35,950 nucleotides of DNA. It comes from a virus. Its lineage: Duplodnaviria; Caudoviricetes. Numbering within the stretch: the stretch's first letter is position 1; every line of letters begins with the position of its first letter. This document shows, one piece after another, positions 1 to 7,543 of the stretch. The notes under the pieces were generated by a model. The model was not told where the DNA came from. It searched no databases and was given only the letters and a program-made list of their open reading frames with translations. A program made the translations under genes and the position numbers. Location of the stretch: positions 1-35,950 of the IMG/VR virus record IMGVR_UViG_3300012347_000334. One strand, 5' to 3'.

Positions 1-52
1 TGCTAATGCTGCTAATGCTGCTGCTAATGCTGCTTATGTTGCTGCTAATGCT
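1..52. repeat. Terminal direct repeat, left copy (circular assembly overlap)
   Basis: 1-52 is identical to 35899-35950. The overlap lies in a low-complexity GCT/AAT tract, so the true repeat copy number is uncertain. Confidence 0.85.
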
Positions 53-91
53 GCTAATGCTGCTGCTTATGCTGCTGCTAATGCTAATGCT
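1..91 (+). repeat. Coding low-complexity tandem repeat (GCT)n-AAT/TAT, encoding AAN/AAY
   Basis: Visible directly; continues from 35894-35950. Confidence 0.9.
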
Positions 92-142
92 CGCGACGAA
101 GAAGAAATGGTTAATCTATTACTTATGATAGAGTGTTTATGA
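1..142 (+). CDS. 3' part of the Imm5-like Ala-repeat protein that starts at 35588
   Basis: Frame from position 2 reads ANAANAAANAAYVAANAANAAAYAAANANARDEEEMVNLLLMIECL*, stop at 140-142. It is in frame with the ORF at 35588 across the overlap, and the stop overlaps the next ATG (ATGA). Confidence 0.8.
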   Translation, partial: ANAANAAANAAYVAANAANAAAYAAANANARDEEEMVNLLLMIECL

Positions 143-360
143 TCGCACAGGACGCTTACGAAAACGAATATGATGACCACGGCGAGTTATTGCCTACCGT
201 GAATTGGGACGCTAGACACCCAGAAGTAGAGCCATTGATATTTAATAGATCGTATTATCAAAAAGAAATAATCAAGTATAAGAAGTTATACGCTCATGAA
301 ATTATCATGACACTTGCTGCATTTATATTTGGAATATTGATAGGGAGATTTTTAGTATGA
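139..360 (+). CDS. Hypothetical protein with C-terminal transmembrane helix
   Basis: ATG at 139 overlaps the upstream stop; hydrophobic end IIMTLAAFIFGILIG. Confidence 0.7.
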   Translation: MIAQDAYENEYDDHGELLPTVNWDARHPEVEPLIFNRSYYQKEIIKYKKLYAHEIIMTLAAFIFGILIGRFLV

Positions 361-518
361 GAAAGATACATCTCATAAGCGAGTCACGAACAATAACACC
401 ATGTGGACTTAGTGAATCACACAATGTCATTAAGACAGCATTAAATCCTAAAAAAGTAACTTGCTTGAAATGCAAAGCAACGAATTGGTATAAGCAAACT
501 AAAAAGAAATGGGCATAG
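357..518 (+). CDS. Small putative zinc-binding protein, 53 aa (not in ORF track)
   Basis: MRKIHLISESRTITPCGLSESHNVIKTALNPKKVTCLKCKATNWYKQTKKKWA; H..C..VTCxxC pattern; ATGA coupling; fills the gap exactly. Confidence 0.7.
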   Translation: MRKIHLISESRTITPCGLSESHNVIKTALNPKKVTCLKCKATNWYKQTKKKWA

Positions 519-519
519 T

Positions 520-747
520 ATGAAAAAAGATACTGGATATAAAACACTTTTAAGGGCATCCAAAGAGTATTTTGAAAAGTGGGGGCAGTATATGAAACGA
601 GCAAATATTGCTGAGAGAAAATGTGAAAAGCTAAAACAGCTTTTACTCTTAACCGATCCTGCCGTTAGTGATGTGAATATGAATGATTTAACAATGCGGC
701 AATGGCAAGAATTTATCACTGAGTTTCCAGATGAAGGCTCAAAATAA
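520..747 (+). CDS. Hypothetical protein
   Basis: 75-aa ORF tightly packed in the plus-strand operon. Confidence 0.7.
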   Translation: MKKDTGYKTLLRASKEYFEKWGQYMKRANIAERKCEKLKQLLLLTDPAVSDVNMNDLTMRQWQEFITEFPDEGSK

Positions 748-750
748 CCC

Positions 751-775
751 AACAAACTAGCGAGGAATAAAGATG
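751..775 (+). repeat. 25-bp direct repeat copy 1, containing RBS and ATG
   Basis: AACAAACTAGCGAGGAATAAAGATG; 24/25 identical to 876-900. Confidence 0.9.
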
Positions 776-877
776 ATAGAACTTACAGATCTAATACTGA
801 AAATTGGCATAGCTACATCAGGCATCGGAATTGTCGTAATGTTTATTGCTCTGTTATTATTGGTATTTTCAAAATAA
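773..877 (+). CDS. Small single-TM protein, 34 aa (not in ORF track)
   Basis: MIELTDLILKIGIATSGIGIVVMFIALLLLVFSK; GAGG RBS upstream. Confidence 0.7.
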   Translation: MIELTDLILKIGIATSGIGIVVMFIALLLLVFSK

Positions 878-900
878 CAAACTAGCGAGGAATGAAGATG
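876..900 (+). repeat. 25-bp direct repeat copy 2
   Basis: AACAAACTAGCGAGGAATGAAGATG. Confidence 0.9.
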
Positions 901-1248
901 ACATGCACATTAGAACAGTTGAAAGCATCTGGATTGGCTTTTGACCAAGAATCGAACATAAATATTAAATATGGACAGAGCGTGGTGGTGGATAAGATCA
1001 ACAAAATTCTCTGTGAGAAGCTTGAGTATAGAGAAATTGACGCCAGGGAAATACATGAGGTTTACGACAGCATTCGGTCAGGCAAAGGCACTCTTAACGA
1101 TCACTTTATTCTAAGAACTAAAGCTTTCAAAATCCCCCCTACAAAGGCCGTTGAAGTTCCGCAAGAAGTACTCACAGAACTTATTAAACTATTAAAAGAT
1201 CCAGAGACTAAAGAGATGATTAAAATAATCACGGAGCTACTGAAATGA
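898..1248 (+). CDS. Hypothetical protein
   Basis: ORF 892-1248; ATG 898 matches the RBS spacing of repeat copy 1. Confidence 0.7.
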   Translation: MTCTLEQLKASGLAFDQESNINIKYGQSVVVDKINKILCEKLEYREIDAREIHEVYDSIRSGKGTLNDHFILRTKAFKIPPTKAVEVPQEVLTELIKLLKDPETKEMIKIITELLK

Positions 1249-1604
1249 CAAACTTTAAGTCAGCGAAAGAAATGGCACAGGCTTTATTTTTTGATATGAA
1301 GAAGATAATGTGTGATGACTGGAGCGAGCATGAGTATGTCTATTGGAGTGATAGGGACCTCAAATTGGTTGATGAAAATGAGCGAGATGTTTCTATTGAT
1401 CTAAGCGAATTTGATATTTATGGCATCTATGAAGAACCAAAGCAGCCTGAATATTTTTATCAGATCGTTGGTAAAGTAGCAGGCAGCTGGGTAATGCAAG
1501 CTTATCTTGAAAAAGAATCAAACATTCCAATAGGGTTCAATAAAACAGGCCGTAAGTTCATCGAGAATGATAAGGGTGAGTTAGTTGAGGTGAAAGATGT
1601 CTAA
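1245..1604 (+). CDS. Hypothetical protein, N-terminus weakly DUF2829-like
   Basis: ATGA coupling; F..A.EMAQAL...KKI...DW...EYVYW pattern. Family call is weak. Confidence 0.65.
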   Translation: MTNFKSAKEMAQALFFDMKKIMCDDWSEHEYVYWSDRDLKLVDENERDVSIDLSEFDIYGIYEEPKQPEYFYQIVGKVAGSWVMQAYLEKESNIPIGFNKTGRKFIENDKGELVEVKDV

Positions 1605-1824
1605 AGTAAGAAGGCCAAAATTTGATGATGATAAATTTATTGATTTTTATTTTGAGCAATTTTCTGAGGTTGGGGACAAGCCACTAAAAACAGTTCATTT
1701 TTATGGTGAAGGATATTATCCAGTTAATGCATATGATCCAGGAGACCAGCTAAAGCAAATGCGCTCCGATGCAAAGTGGCTACTTCAGTGCGCTGACTAT
1801 CTACAAAAGGAATATTCAAAATGA
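1597..1824 (+). CDS. Hypothetical protein
   Basis: GAGGTG RBS; overlaps both neighbours. Confidence 0.7.
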   Translation: MSKVRRPKFDDDKFIDFYFEQFSEVGDKPLKTVHFYGEGYYPVNAYDPGDQLKQMRSDAKWLLQCADYLQKEYSK

Positions 1825-2135
1825 GCATACCAGAAGAATTATCGCGCTTAAGAGATGAGAAGGCTGAAGAGTACAAAAAAGAGGCATTCACAGCTTTTCC
1901 GAATGGCTATCATGTTGGGCCAGGTGAGAATGAGCCAGATGTTGATTTTATAATTGGCTTTGATGCCTGCCACTCAATCATGTCTGAGAGAGAGAAAGAA
2001 CTTGAGGATAAGCTTCAGGTTGCTGTTGAGTCACTTACTGTTATTTCTGGAAGACATGAAACTCATGTATGTGATGACCACACAGCTTGTGTAATTGAAG
2101 CTAGAATAACGCTTGATAAACTTGGAGTGAAATAA
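1821..2135 (+). CDS. Hypothetical protein
   Basis: AAGG RBS, ATGA coupling. Confidence 0.7.
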   Translation: MSIPEELSRLRDEKAEEYKKEAFTAFPNGYHVGPGENEPDVDFIIGFDACHSIMSEREKELEDKLQVAVESLTVISGRHETHVCDDHTACVIEARITLDKLGVK

Positions 2136-2539
2136 TGAGTAACGAAAGAGAATGGCGCAGATGTCGCCAAACATATGCAGATCCTATTTCTGGATATTGG
2201 GAAGATAAAGGCACTGATATGATTGAATATGCAGCTTATTTAGACCTCCAATCCCAACTCTCAGCCAAAGAAGCCGAGATTGCAGAACTATCCAAAAACT
2301 GCATATCACTTAGCTTGCATGAGAGTCGAGTATGGGCGCTAGAAGAGCAGTTAGCTAAGAGTGACCTTGAGGTTGTGAAGCTGAGGGAAGCTATAGGTAT
2401 AGCTAATGCCGCCATAAGTGTTGCTGCTAACCGTAAAGAGTGCAAAGGATGGTCATGTTGCTCTTCATGCGGACCTATTTATGAATGTGAAGAAGCACAA
2501 GAAAAGATTAAATTACTTATTGAGGGGGATAATATATGA
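2135..2539 (+). CDS. Hypothetical coiled-coil protein with Cys cluster
   Basis: GGAG RBS, TAATG coupling; heptad-like middle; CKGWSCCSSC..YEC. Confidence 0.7.
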   Translation: MSNEREWRRCRQTYADPISGYWEDKGTDMIEYAAYLDLQSQLSAKEAEIAELSKNCISLSLHESRVWALEEQLAKSDLEVVKLREAIGIANAAISVAANRKECKGWSCCSSCGPIYECEEAQEKIKLLIEGDNI

Positions 2540-2730
2540 AAGTTTACATACCAAAACTTGTTGAAGGTACAGAAGATCAATACAAAATCTATACTGAGAA
2601 TAGAAACACAATGCTTTGTGATGAACAGTTGGATGCAGAGTTTGTTAAGCTATCCGATGTTTTCCGCGCTTTAGATGAGTGCGAGGGCGATCTTGATTAT
2701 TTTAAATTTAAACTTCCGAGTTTAAAATGA
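2536..2730 (+). CDS. Hypothetical protein
   Basis: GAGGGG RBS, ATGA coupling. Confidence 0.7.
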   Translation: MKVYIPKLVEGTEDQYKIYTENRNTMLCDEQLDAEFVKLSDVFRALDECEGDLDYFKFKLPSLK

Positions 2731-2957
2731 CCACTTTACAAGAGCAAGATCAGATAGCAGCTATGGAACACGCTCGTGCTAATTCTATGCACAGCCCTGT
2801 TTCGTTTCTCGCTGGCTTAGAGTTTGAGCGCAAAAGACAGAGTGAGAGCGTTGAAAAAGCAATAAGAATGCTTAGACATCATTTATCTGTGGCAGAGCGT
2901 GGAAATAACGGATCAGTTATAAGTGCTTTAACAGAATTAGAAACCTCAACAATTTGA
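2727..2957 (+). CDS. Hypothetical protein, paralog A of 3097-3378
   Basis: Shares MTTLQEQDQ.AA and FL.GLE.ERKRQSE blocks with paralog B. Confidence 0.75.
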   Translation: MTTLQEQDQIAAMEHARANSMHSPVSFLAGLEFERKRQSESVEKAIRMLRHHLSVAERGNNGSVISALTELETSTI

Positions 2958-2971
2958 ATCTGAGAGGATTA

Positions 2972-3100
2972 ATGAAAGCGTATAAATGGAGAAAGTTTGA
3001 CTACATTGCAGATAGAATCGCGAACATATTTGGATCTATTTATCAACTTGTCGTTACTGGATTTTATATTGGCAAGAAAATGTTGGAGTATTGCGTATGA
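2972..3100 (+). CDS. Small hypothetical protein, 42 aa (not in ORF track)
   Basis: MKAYKWRKFDYIADRIANIFGSIYQLVVTGFYIGKKMLEYCV; GAGG RBS; stop overlaps ATG 3097. Confidence 0.65.
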   Translation: MKAYKWRKFDYIADRIANIFGSIYQLVVTGFYIGKKMLEYCV

Positions 3101-3378
3101 CCACTTTACAAGAGCAAGATCAGAAAGCAGCGAGTGAATATGCTTACGGTGCAGAAGAGTCATGTGTGTCAAAGCACGAGGTGGCAAAGAAATGCTTCCT
3201 CACTGGCTTAGAGTATGAGCGCAAAAGACAGAGTGAGAGGGTGTGGAAACTGACTAATGCATTTGCAGTATATGCTAAGCACCAAGGAATATGCTCAATA
3301 CTAGAAGGTGTTGACTGTCGATGTGGGCTTGATGATTTTATGAAACAATTTGAATCTGAGGGGATTAAAAATGATTAA
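3097..3378 (+). CDS. Hypothetical protein, paralog B of 2727-2957, with H..C..CxC motif
   Basis: Start at 3097 chosen by identity with paralog A; KHQGIC...DCRCG. Confidence 0.75.
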   Translation: MTTLQEQDQKAASEYAYGAEESCVSKHEVAKKCFLTGLEYERKRQSERVWKLTNAFAVYAKHQGICSILEGVDCRCGLDDFMKQFESEGIKND

Positions 3379-4036
3379 ATATCTATTATTACTGTTACTA
3401 ACGAGCTGCTCTAGTAACGTTTTGATGCCAAAACATTACTTAAAACAAGAGCGCATCCAGCTTTCCTGGGAAAATGGACATCCAGAACGCCAAGAATGGT
3501 CAGATGCTCTTATCGCAGCACTTGCTCAAAAAGTACCTGAGATGTCTAAGGCTAAGGACATTAAAACATTCTGCCCTAAGTTTGAATTATTAGAGCCCAT
3601 TCAAAAGAATAGAGCCTTTGCTGAGCTAATGATAGGCATGGCTAAGTTTGAATCTGGATACAAACCAGAGACAGCTTATAGAGAGTGTGATAAGACTCGT
3701 TGCCGTTATTCTTCATGCTTCAAGCATCCTACTTATGGTTATTGCATGATTGGCAATAAGAACTATGATGAGGGTGTGATTACAAGTCGTGGACTCTTAC
3801 AGATGTCTATTCATTCAAGCATGAGTTATGGATGCGGATTGAAAGAATCTAGCGAACTTCACTCGCCAGAAAAGAATCTTGCTTGCGCTGTTATCATTTT
3901 AGATAAGCAGATTAAACGTGAGGGTGTTATCGCTCCATCTCACTCGTACTGGAGCGTCATAAAATCTAGTTATTCAGGTAACCATATAAGTGAGATAGCA
4001 AAAATGGTTAAAAACAATGTGAGCGAATGCAAATGA
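3371..4036 (+). CDS. Lytic transglycosylase (SLT-domain) lipoprotein
   Basis: GAGGGG RBS then MIKYLLLLLLTSC (lipobox-like); catalytic FESGY motif, SRGLLQMS, L..PEKNLACAV.IL, YWSV. Confidence 0.85.
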   Translation: MIKYLLLLLLTSCSSNVLMPKHYLKQERIQLSWENGHPERQEWSDALIAALAQKVPEMSKAKDIKTFCPKFELLEPIQKNRAFAELMIGMAKFESGYKPETAYRECDKTRCRYSSCFKHPTYGYCMIGNKNYDEGVITSRGLLQMSIHSSMSYGCGLKESSELHSPEKNLACAVIILDKQIKREGVIAPSHSYWSVIKSSYSGNHISEIAKMVKNNVSECK

Positions 4037-4407
4037 TGCCGCATCAGGAACAGATAGATCAATTTTATGAGCTGTTCAACAATGGATGGTCAATCACATA
4101 CTCAATGTCAAAGGCTAGAATATCAGGAAAGCAATATAAGTCTTTTATAGCATCTGATCCAGACCTTAAGGCTAGAATTGATGAATATAAGTATAACAAA
4201 AGACGCACGACTAAATGTACTTATGAGGGTAGAAAACTATCCTACTCAGAGTTTGAGAGCCTTGGTCTTAAAAAAGAATACCAATCGGCTCAAGATAAAA
4301 TGAACAGCATTGAGCGTACAAAGGCCGTCATTGAATCAATTAGATGTATACCTGTAGAATTACCAGAAACAAGTTACTCATTACCTAGGGGATATTATGA
4401 ACGATAG
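4027..4407 (+). CDS. Hypothetical protein, possible N-terminal HTH
   Basis: FYELFNNGWSITYSMSKARIS resembles a helix-turn-helix; weak call. Confidence 0.65.
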   Translation: MQMMPHQEQIDQFYELFNNGWSITYSMSKARISGKQYKSFIASDPDLKARIDEYKYNKRRTTKCTYEGRKLSYSEFESLGLKKEYQSAQDKMNSIERTKAVIESIRCIPVELPETSYSLPRGYYER

Positions 4408-4630
4408 AGAGATCATTAAACTACTAGCATTTGGTCAGTATTCATTTACTAGAATGAAGACATCGATTGACGTTAAAGAAATGGAAGTCTTTGTTGAGGC
4501 GGCTCTTTGGCATCATGATTTTATTAACAAGAAACAAACAGATCTTAAGTATCTAAACGCAATGCATCTAGGTAATCAAATACAAGAAGCTGTAGAGCAT
4601 ATGCCTGTTGATATATCTGAGATGGTCTAG
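4397..4630 (+). CDS. Hypothetical protein
   Basis: AGGGG RBS; overlaps previous gene. Confidence 0.7.
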   Translation: MNDREIIKLLAFGQYSFTRMKTSIDVKEMEVFVEAALWHHDFINKKQTDLKYLNAMHLGNQIQEAVEHMPVDISEMV

Positions 4631-4631
4631 T

Positions 4632-5228
4632 TTAAAGGCCCTTGATGTGTTTCTTATGGGTTATCTTTGGCGGGAAGTCTTTTCTAGCTTGAAGGACTTC
4701 TTCAAATTCATGCCATCGAGCGCCAGTAAGCATCGCGCTTATAGACTGTCTTGATGTTTTATACTTCTCGGCAATTGTTTTTGTCATCATGCCAGAGTTT
4801 GAAAGCTTAATTATTTCTATAACCTGATCTATTGTAAATCTCTTACCCTTAGACTTTAGCACTTGCCTAGAGTGTTTGATGTTTTCTTTATTTGAAACCC
4901 ACTGAAGATTTTCGACTCTATTGTCTGTCTTTATTCCGTTGATATGATTAACAGCTTTTTTCTTATCTGGATTATTTACGAATGTTAGTGCTATCAATCT
5001 GTGAACTAAAGAGTTAATTCTTTGTTCTGATTTACATATAATAAGTTGAAAATATCCACTACTACATATATCCCCACTAAGAGTTCTTCCTTTTCTTTTC
5101 GTATTAACAATAGTTCCACGCTTGTTTGTAAATGTAATTATTCTATCTAGTGACCTAATATTTCCAAGATTGCTTGCCTCATAAAATCCTTCATAACCAG
5201 GTATTGCTTTCCATTCTTCTTTTTTCAT
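4632..5228 (-). CDS. NUMOD4-HNH homing endonuclease, free-standing and inverted
   Basis: EEWKAIPGYEGFYEASNLGNIRS (NUMOD4); VHRLIA...VNHINGIKTDNRVENLQWVS..EN..H (HNH); C-terminal HTH. Confidence 0.92.
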   Translation of the reverse strand: MKKEEWKAIPGYEGFYEASNLGNIRSLDRIITFTNKRGTIVNTKRKGRTLSGDICSSGYFQLIICKSEQRINSLVHRLIALTFVNNPDKKKAVNHINGIKTDNRVENLQWVSNKENIKHSRQVLKSKGKRFTIDQVIEIIKLSNSGMMTKTIAEKYKTSRQSISAMLTGARWHEFEEVLQARKDFPPKITHKKHIKGL

Positions 5229-5330
5229 ATGACACAGATACTAAGAAACTGGACCTTAGTAAATCTTGTCATCATAACTTGTATTTCTTACAAAAACTTA
5301 AATAATACTAGTGTGAGTGGAGGGTTGCGC

Positions 5331-6080
5331 GTGAAGACTGCATTGATTATTCCTGATGTGCATATAAATTACGCAGACAAAAAGGCTTACAAGCTAATGC
5401 TCCACGTAGCTTCTTCGATTCAAATAGATGAAGTCGTTGTACTAGGTGATTATGCTGATTTTTATTCCGTCAGTTCCCACTCTAAATGTAGCTCTGTCAT
5501 GCAGTTACTACTTGATGAAGTAGAAGCTGTTAACAAAGAACTAGATAAATTAGACAAACTATTCCCGTCGCAACTAAAAGTAATGCTCTGCGGCAATCAT
5601 GAGCATCGCCTAGCCCGATACATTCAAAACCAAGCACCCGCACTCTTTGGCGTAACAGATATTAGAAACCTCTTTAGATTCGATCAGCGCCCCAATTGGC
5701 GATACGTAGCCTATGGCCCTAATCAGAAGCATCATGTTCTTGGATCTAAGCTAATAGCGCGACACGAGCCATTGGGACCTAACGCAGAAACCACAGCCAG
5801 AAAAGCAATGGCTAGCATCGTTCACGGCCATACGCATAGAATAGAAATGGCTTGCAGCACTTCATTAACAGGCGAGCAGCATATATCTTTTTGTCCTGGC
5901 TGGCTTGGCGATAAGCGAAATGAAACTGTATTCGGTTATGTAAAGCATCATGCCAACTGGCAACTTGGTTTTGGAATCGTTCACGTAGCAGATGAGACAA
6001 AACAATTCTACCCGACCATTGTTCACATCAGAGATGATTACACGTGCGTCTATGGAGGGAAAGGTTATCGAATTAAATAA
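5331..6080 (+). CDS. Calcineurin-like metallophosphoesterase
   Basis: PDVH, GDYAD, GNHE, RHE and GHTH motifs; GTG start at 5331 preceded by GGAGGG. Confidence 0.9.
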   Translation: MKTALIIPDVHINYADKKAYKLMLHVASSIQIDEVVVLGDYADFYSVSSHSKCSSVMQLLLDEVEAVNKELDKLDKLFPSQLKVMLCGNHEHRLARYIQNQAPALFGVTDIRNLFRFDQRPNWRYVAYGPNQKHHVLGSKLIARHEPLGPNAETTARKAMASIVHGHTHRIEMACSTSLTGEQHISFCPGWLGDKRNETVFGYVKHHANWQLGFGIVHVADETKQFYPTIVHIRDDYTCVYGGKGYRIK

Positions 6081-6303
6081 GATGGTTTTGATTGAATGGA
6101 TTGATGCTGAAAGCGAAGACTCCTGGACATTCTCTCCAGATATAGATCATGGATGCGCTTTGATTAAATCAGTTGGATGGTTATTGAAAGAATCTAAAAA
6201 GTCCGTAACTATCGCATTGAACCATGACACTAAAAATGATTCATGGTCATGTATAATGAAAATTCCAACTGGAATGATTAAGACAAAAAAGATCATTAAA
6301 TAA
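6052..6303 (+). CDS. Conserved phage hypothetical protein (start 6052 or 6082)
   Basis: VLIEWIDA....W...IKSVGWL..E.K..V.IA...IP.GMI pattern recalled from many phage proteins. Confidence 0.7.
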   Translation: MEGKVIELNKMVLIEWIDAESEDSWTFSPDIDHGCALIKSVGWLLKESKKSVTIALNHDTKNDSWSCIMKIPTGMIKTKKIIK

Positions 6304-6315
6304 CAAGAGGTATTT

Positions 6316-6510
6316 GTGGGACTATGTTTATCAGTCAAAAAAGACTACGAGTTAGTAATCGGCGACATTAAAATCAGATTCAGAAAAGTATGCTCAGGCA
6401 CCAATCAAATGATGATAGAGGCACCTAAGGATATAAAGATTAAGCTCAATAAAATTGAATCTATTGAGCCTAAAATAGTCAAAGCTTCTACTTTGAAGTC
6501 TCAGACGTAG
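6316..6510 (+). CDS. Divergent CsrA/RsmA-like protein
   Basis: GAGG RBS with GTG start; LCLSVKKDYELVIGDIKIRF...MMIEAPKDIKI aligns by eye to CsrA L.L.R..GE.L.IGD.V.V...IG..APK.V.V. Confidence 0.6.
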   Translation: MGLCLSVKKDYELVIGDIKIRFRKVCSGTNQMMIEAPKDIKIKLNKIESIEPKIVKASTLKSQT

Positions 6511-6619
6511 GGACGGCTGGGGCTTCAACTTTAGGATGATCTTTGTGGTATTGATTAGACTTCTCTAGAGCAGTACCAAAACCAAAACCGAAAAGCAAAG
6601 CTGCGAAAATTGGAAACAT
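6488..6619 (-). CDS. Small membrane or exported protein, 43 aa (not in ORF track)
   Basis: AAGGAG RBS; MFPIFAALLFGFGFGTALEKSNQYHKDHPKVEAPAVPTSETSK; last gene of the late arm. Confidence 0.7.
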   Translation of the reverse strand: MFPIFAALLFGFGFGTALEKSNQYHKDHPKVEAPAVPTSETSK

Positions 6620-6630
6620 ATAAACTCCTT

Positions 6631-6942
6631 TTATGGGGTGTTAATAAATTCAACGCCTGACATTAATGTATAAGTAATACTTGCTGTTTCTACCTGGGAA
6701 CCATTAACTCGCTGAACTTGAGATGTAAATGTTGCAGGTATAGATGCAGATGGCCCAAAGTATCTATCAACAGGAGGAACAGATATTCCAGCGGTTCCTG
6801 TAAGCACGTTGGCGCTCCAAACACTTAAAGATGTCACGTTGTAAGTTACTACAGCGTAGCAATTTGCATTTACTGTCGTTGCACCCGTGATTGCTCTATT
6901 TACCTTTAAAGTAGTATTACTACTTACTAGTGTTGCTCCCAT
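6631..6942 (-). CDS. Putative small virion/tail-tip protein
   Basis: AAGGAG RBS; Thr/Ser/Val-rich beta-type composition; follows tail genes. Confidence 0.6.
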   Translation of the reverse strand: MGATLVSSNTTLKVNRAITGATTVNANCYAVVTYNVTSLSVWSANVLTGTAGISVPPVDRYFGPSASIPATFTSQVQRVNGSQVETASITYTLMSGVEFINTP

Positions 6943-6953
6943 AATATTCTCCT

Positions 6954-7535
6954 TTAAATTGGACGATAATATATACGCATAGTGAAGCCATTTGGACTTC
7001 CAGTCTGGTGACTAACAGAATTGCATCTTAATCTATCACCAGCATTAAATGTAGTCTTTGACAACACTGGAATTGTACACCCAGTAGGCGTTGTTGCAAT
7101 AGAAACCCATGAAGATGTGGCGTCGTCATATGTAGTATCCCACTGAGAATCAGAAGGTGCAGAACTTGTAGCTTTTGGTGTTGTTGAAAAAATACTAGCC
7201 CATGTTCCGCTGTTCTGAGTAGACCATTGAATATCTAACTCGCTAGTTCCACCGCTTCCAGATGTATTATGCTGCAAAACAATTGCAACGATCTGAGAGT
7301 CAGAAGGGAACGGCTCAACATCTGAAATAGTAGCAGGAGGAGTATATTGATTATATGTAGGAGAGCCGCCATTTGATAATGCTTTTAAATAACCAAACTC
7401 AAAATGCTTATACTGATAGTAATTAATGAAATTCACACTTGAAGCAACACGAGAGAGAGTCGCCTCACTCACTGATGCTCTGTACTTAACTTCTTCATCT
7501 TGTAAATTAATCCTAAGCGGTGTTGCATCTGACAT
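6954..7535 (-). CDS. Putative tail-tip/baseplate protein
   Basis: AGGAG RBS; position; SIFSTTP...F.AGD.LR beta-sandwich-like C-terminus. Confidence 0.6.
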   Translation of the reverse strand: MSDATPLRINLQDEEVKYRASVSEATLSRVASSVNFINYYQYKHFEFGYLKALSNGGSPTYNQYTPPATISDVEPFPSDSQIVAIVLQHNTSGSGGTSELDIQWSTQNSGTWASIFSTTPKATSSAPSDSQWDTTYDDATSSWVSIATTPTGCTIPVLSKTTFNAGDRLRCNSVSHQTGSPNGFTMRIYYRPI

Positions 7536-7543
7536 ACTAACTC

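Noticed and set aside
1-91. Possible CRISPR array or iterons in the GCTGCTAAT repeats
   Set aside because: No unique spacers; the repeats are in-frame Ala/Asn/Tyr codons inside a gene.
323-3187. Minus-strand ORFs 323-604, 441-755, 2236-2445 and 2969-3187
   Set aside because: Antisense shadows of a tightly coupled plus-strand operon; no RBS or motif support.
5229-5330. N-terminal extension of the metallophosphoesterase in the ORF track
   Set aside because: No RBS at 5229; GGAGGG precedes GTG 5331 and the first catalytic motif follows immediately.
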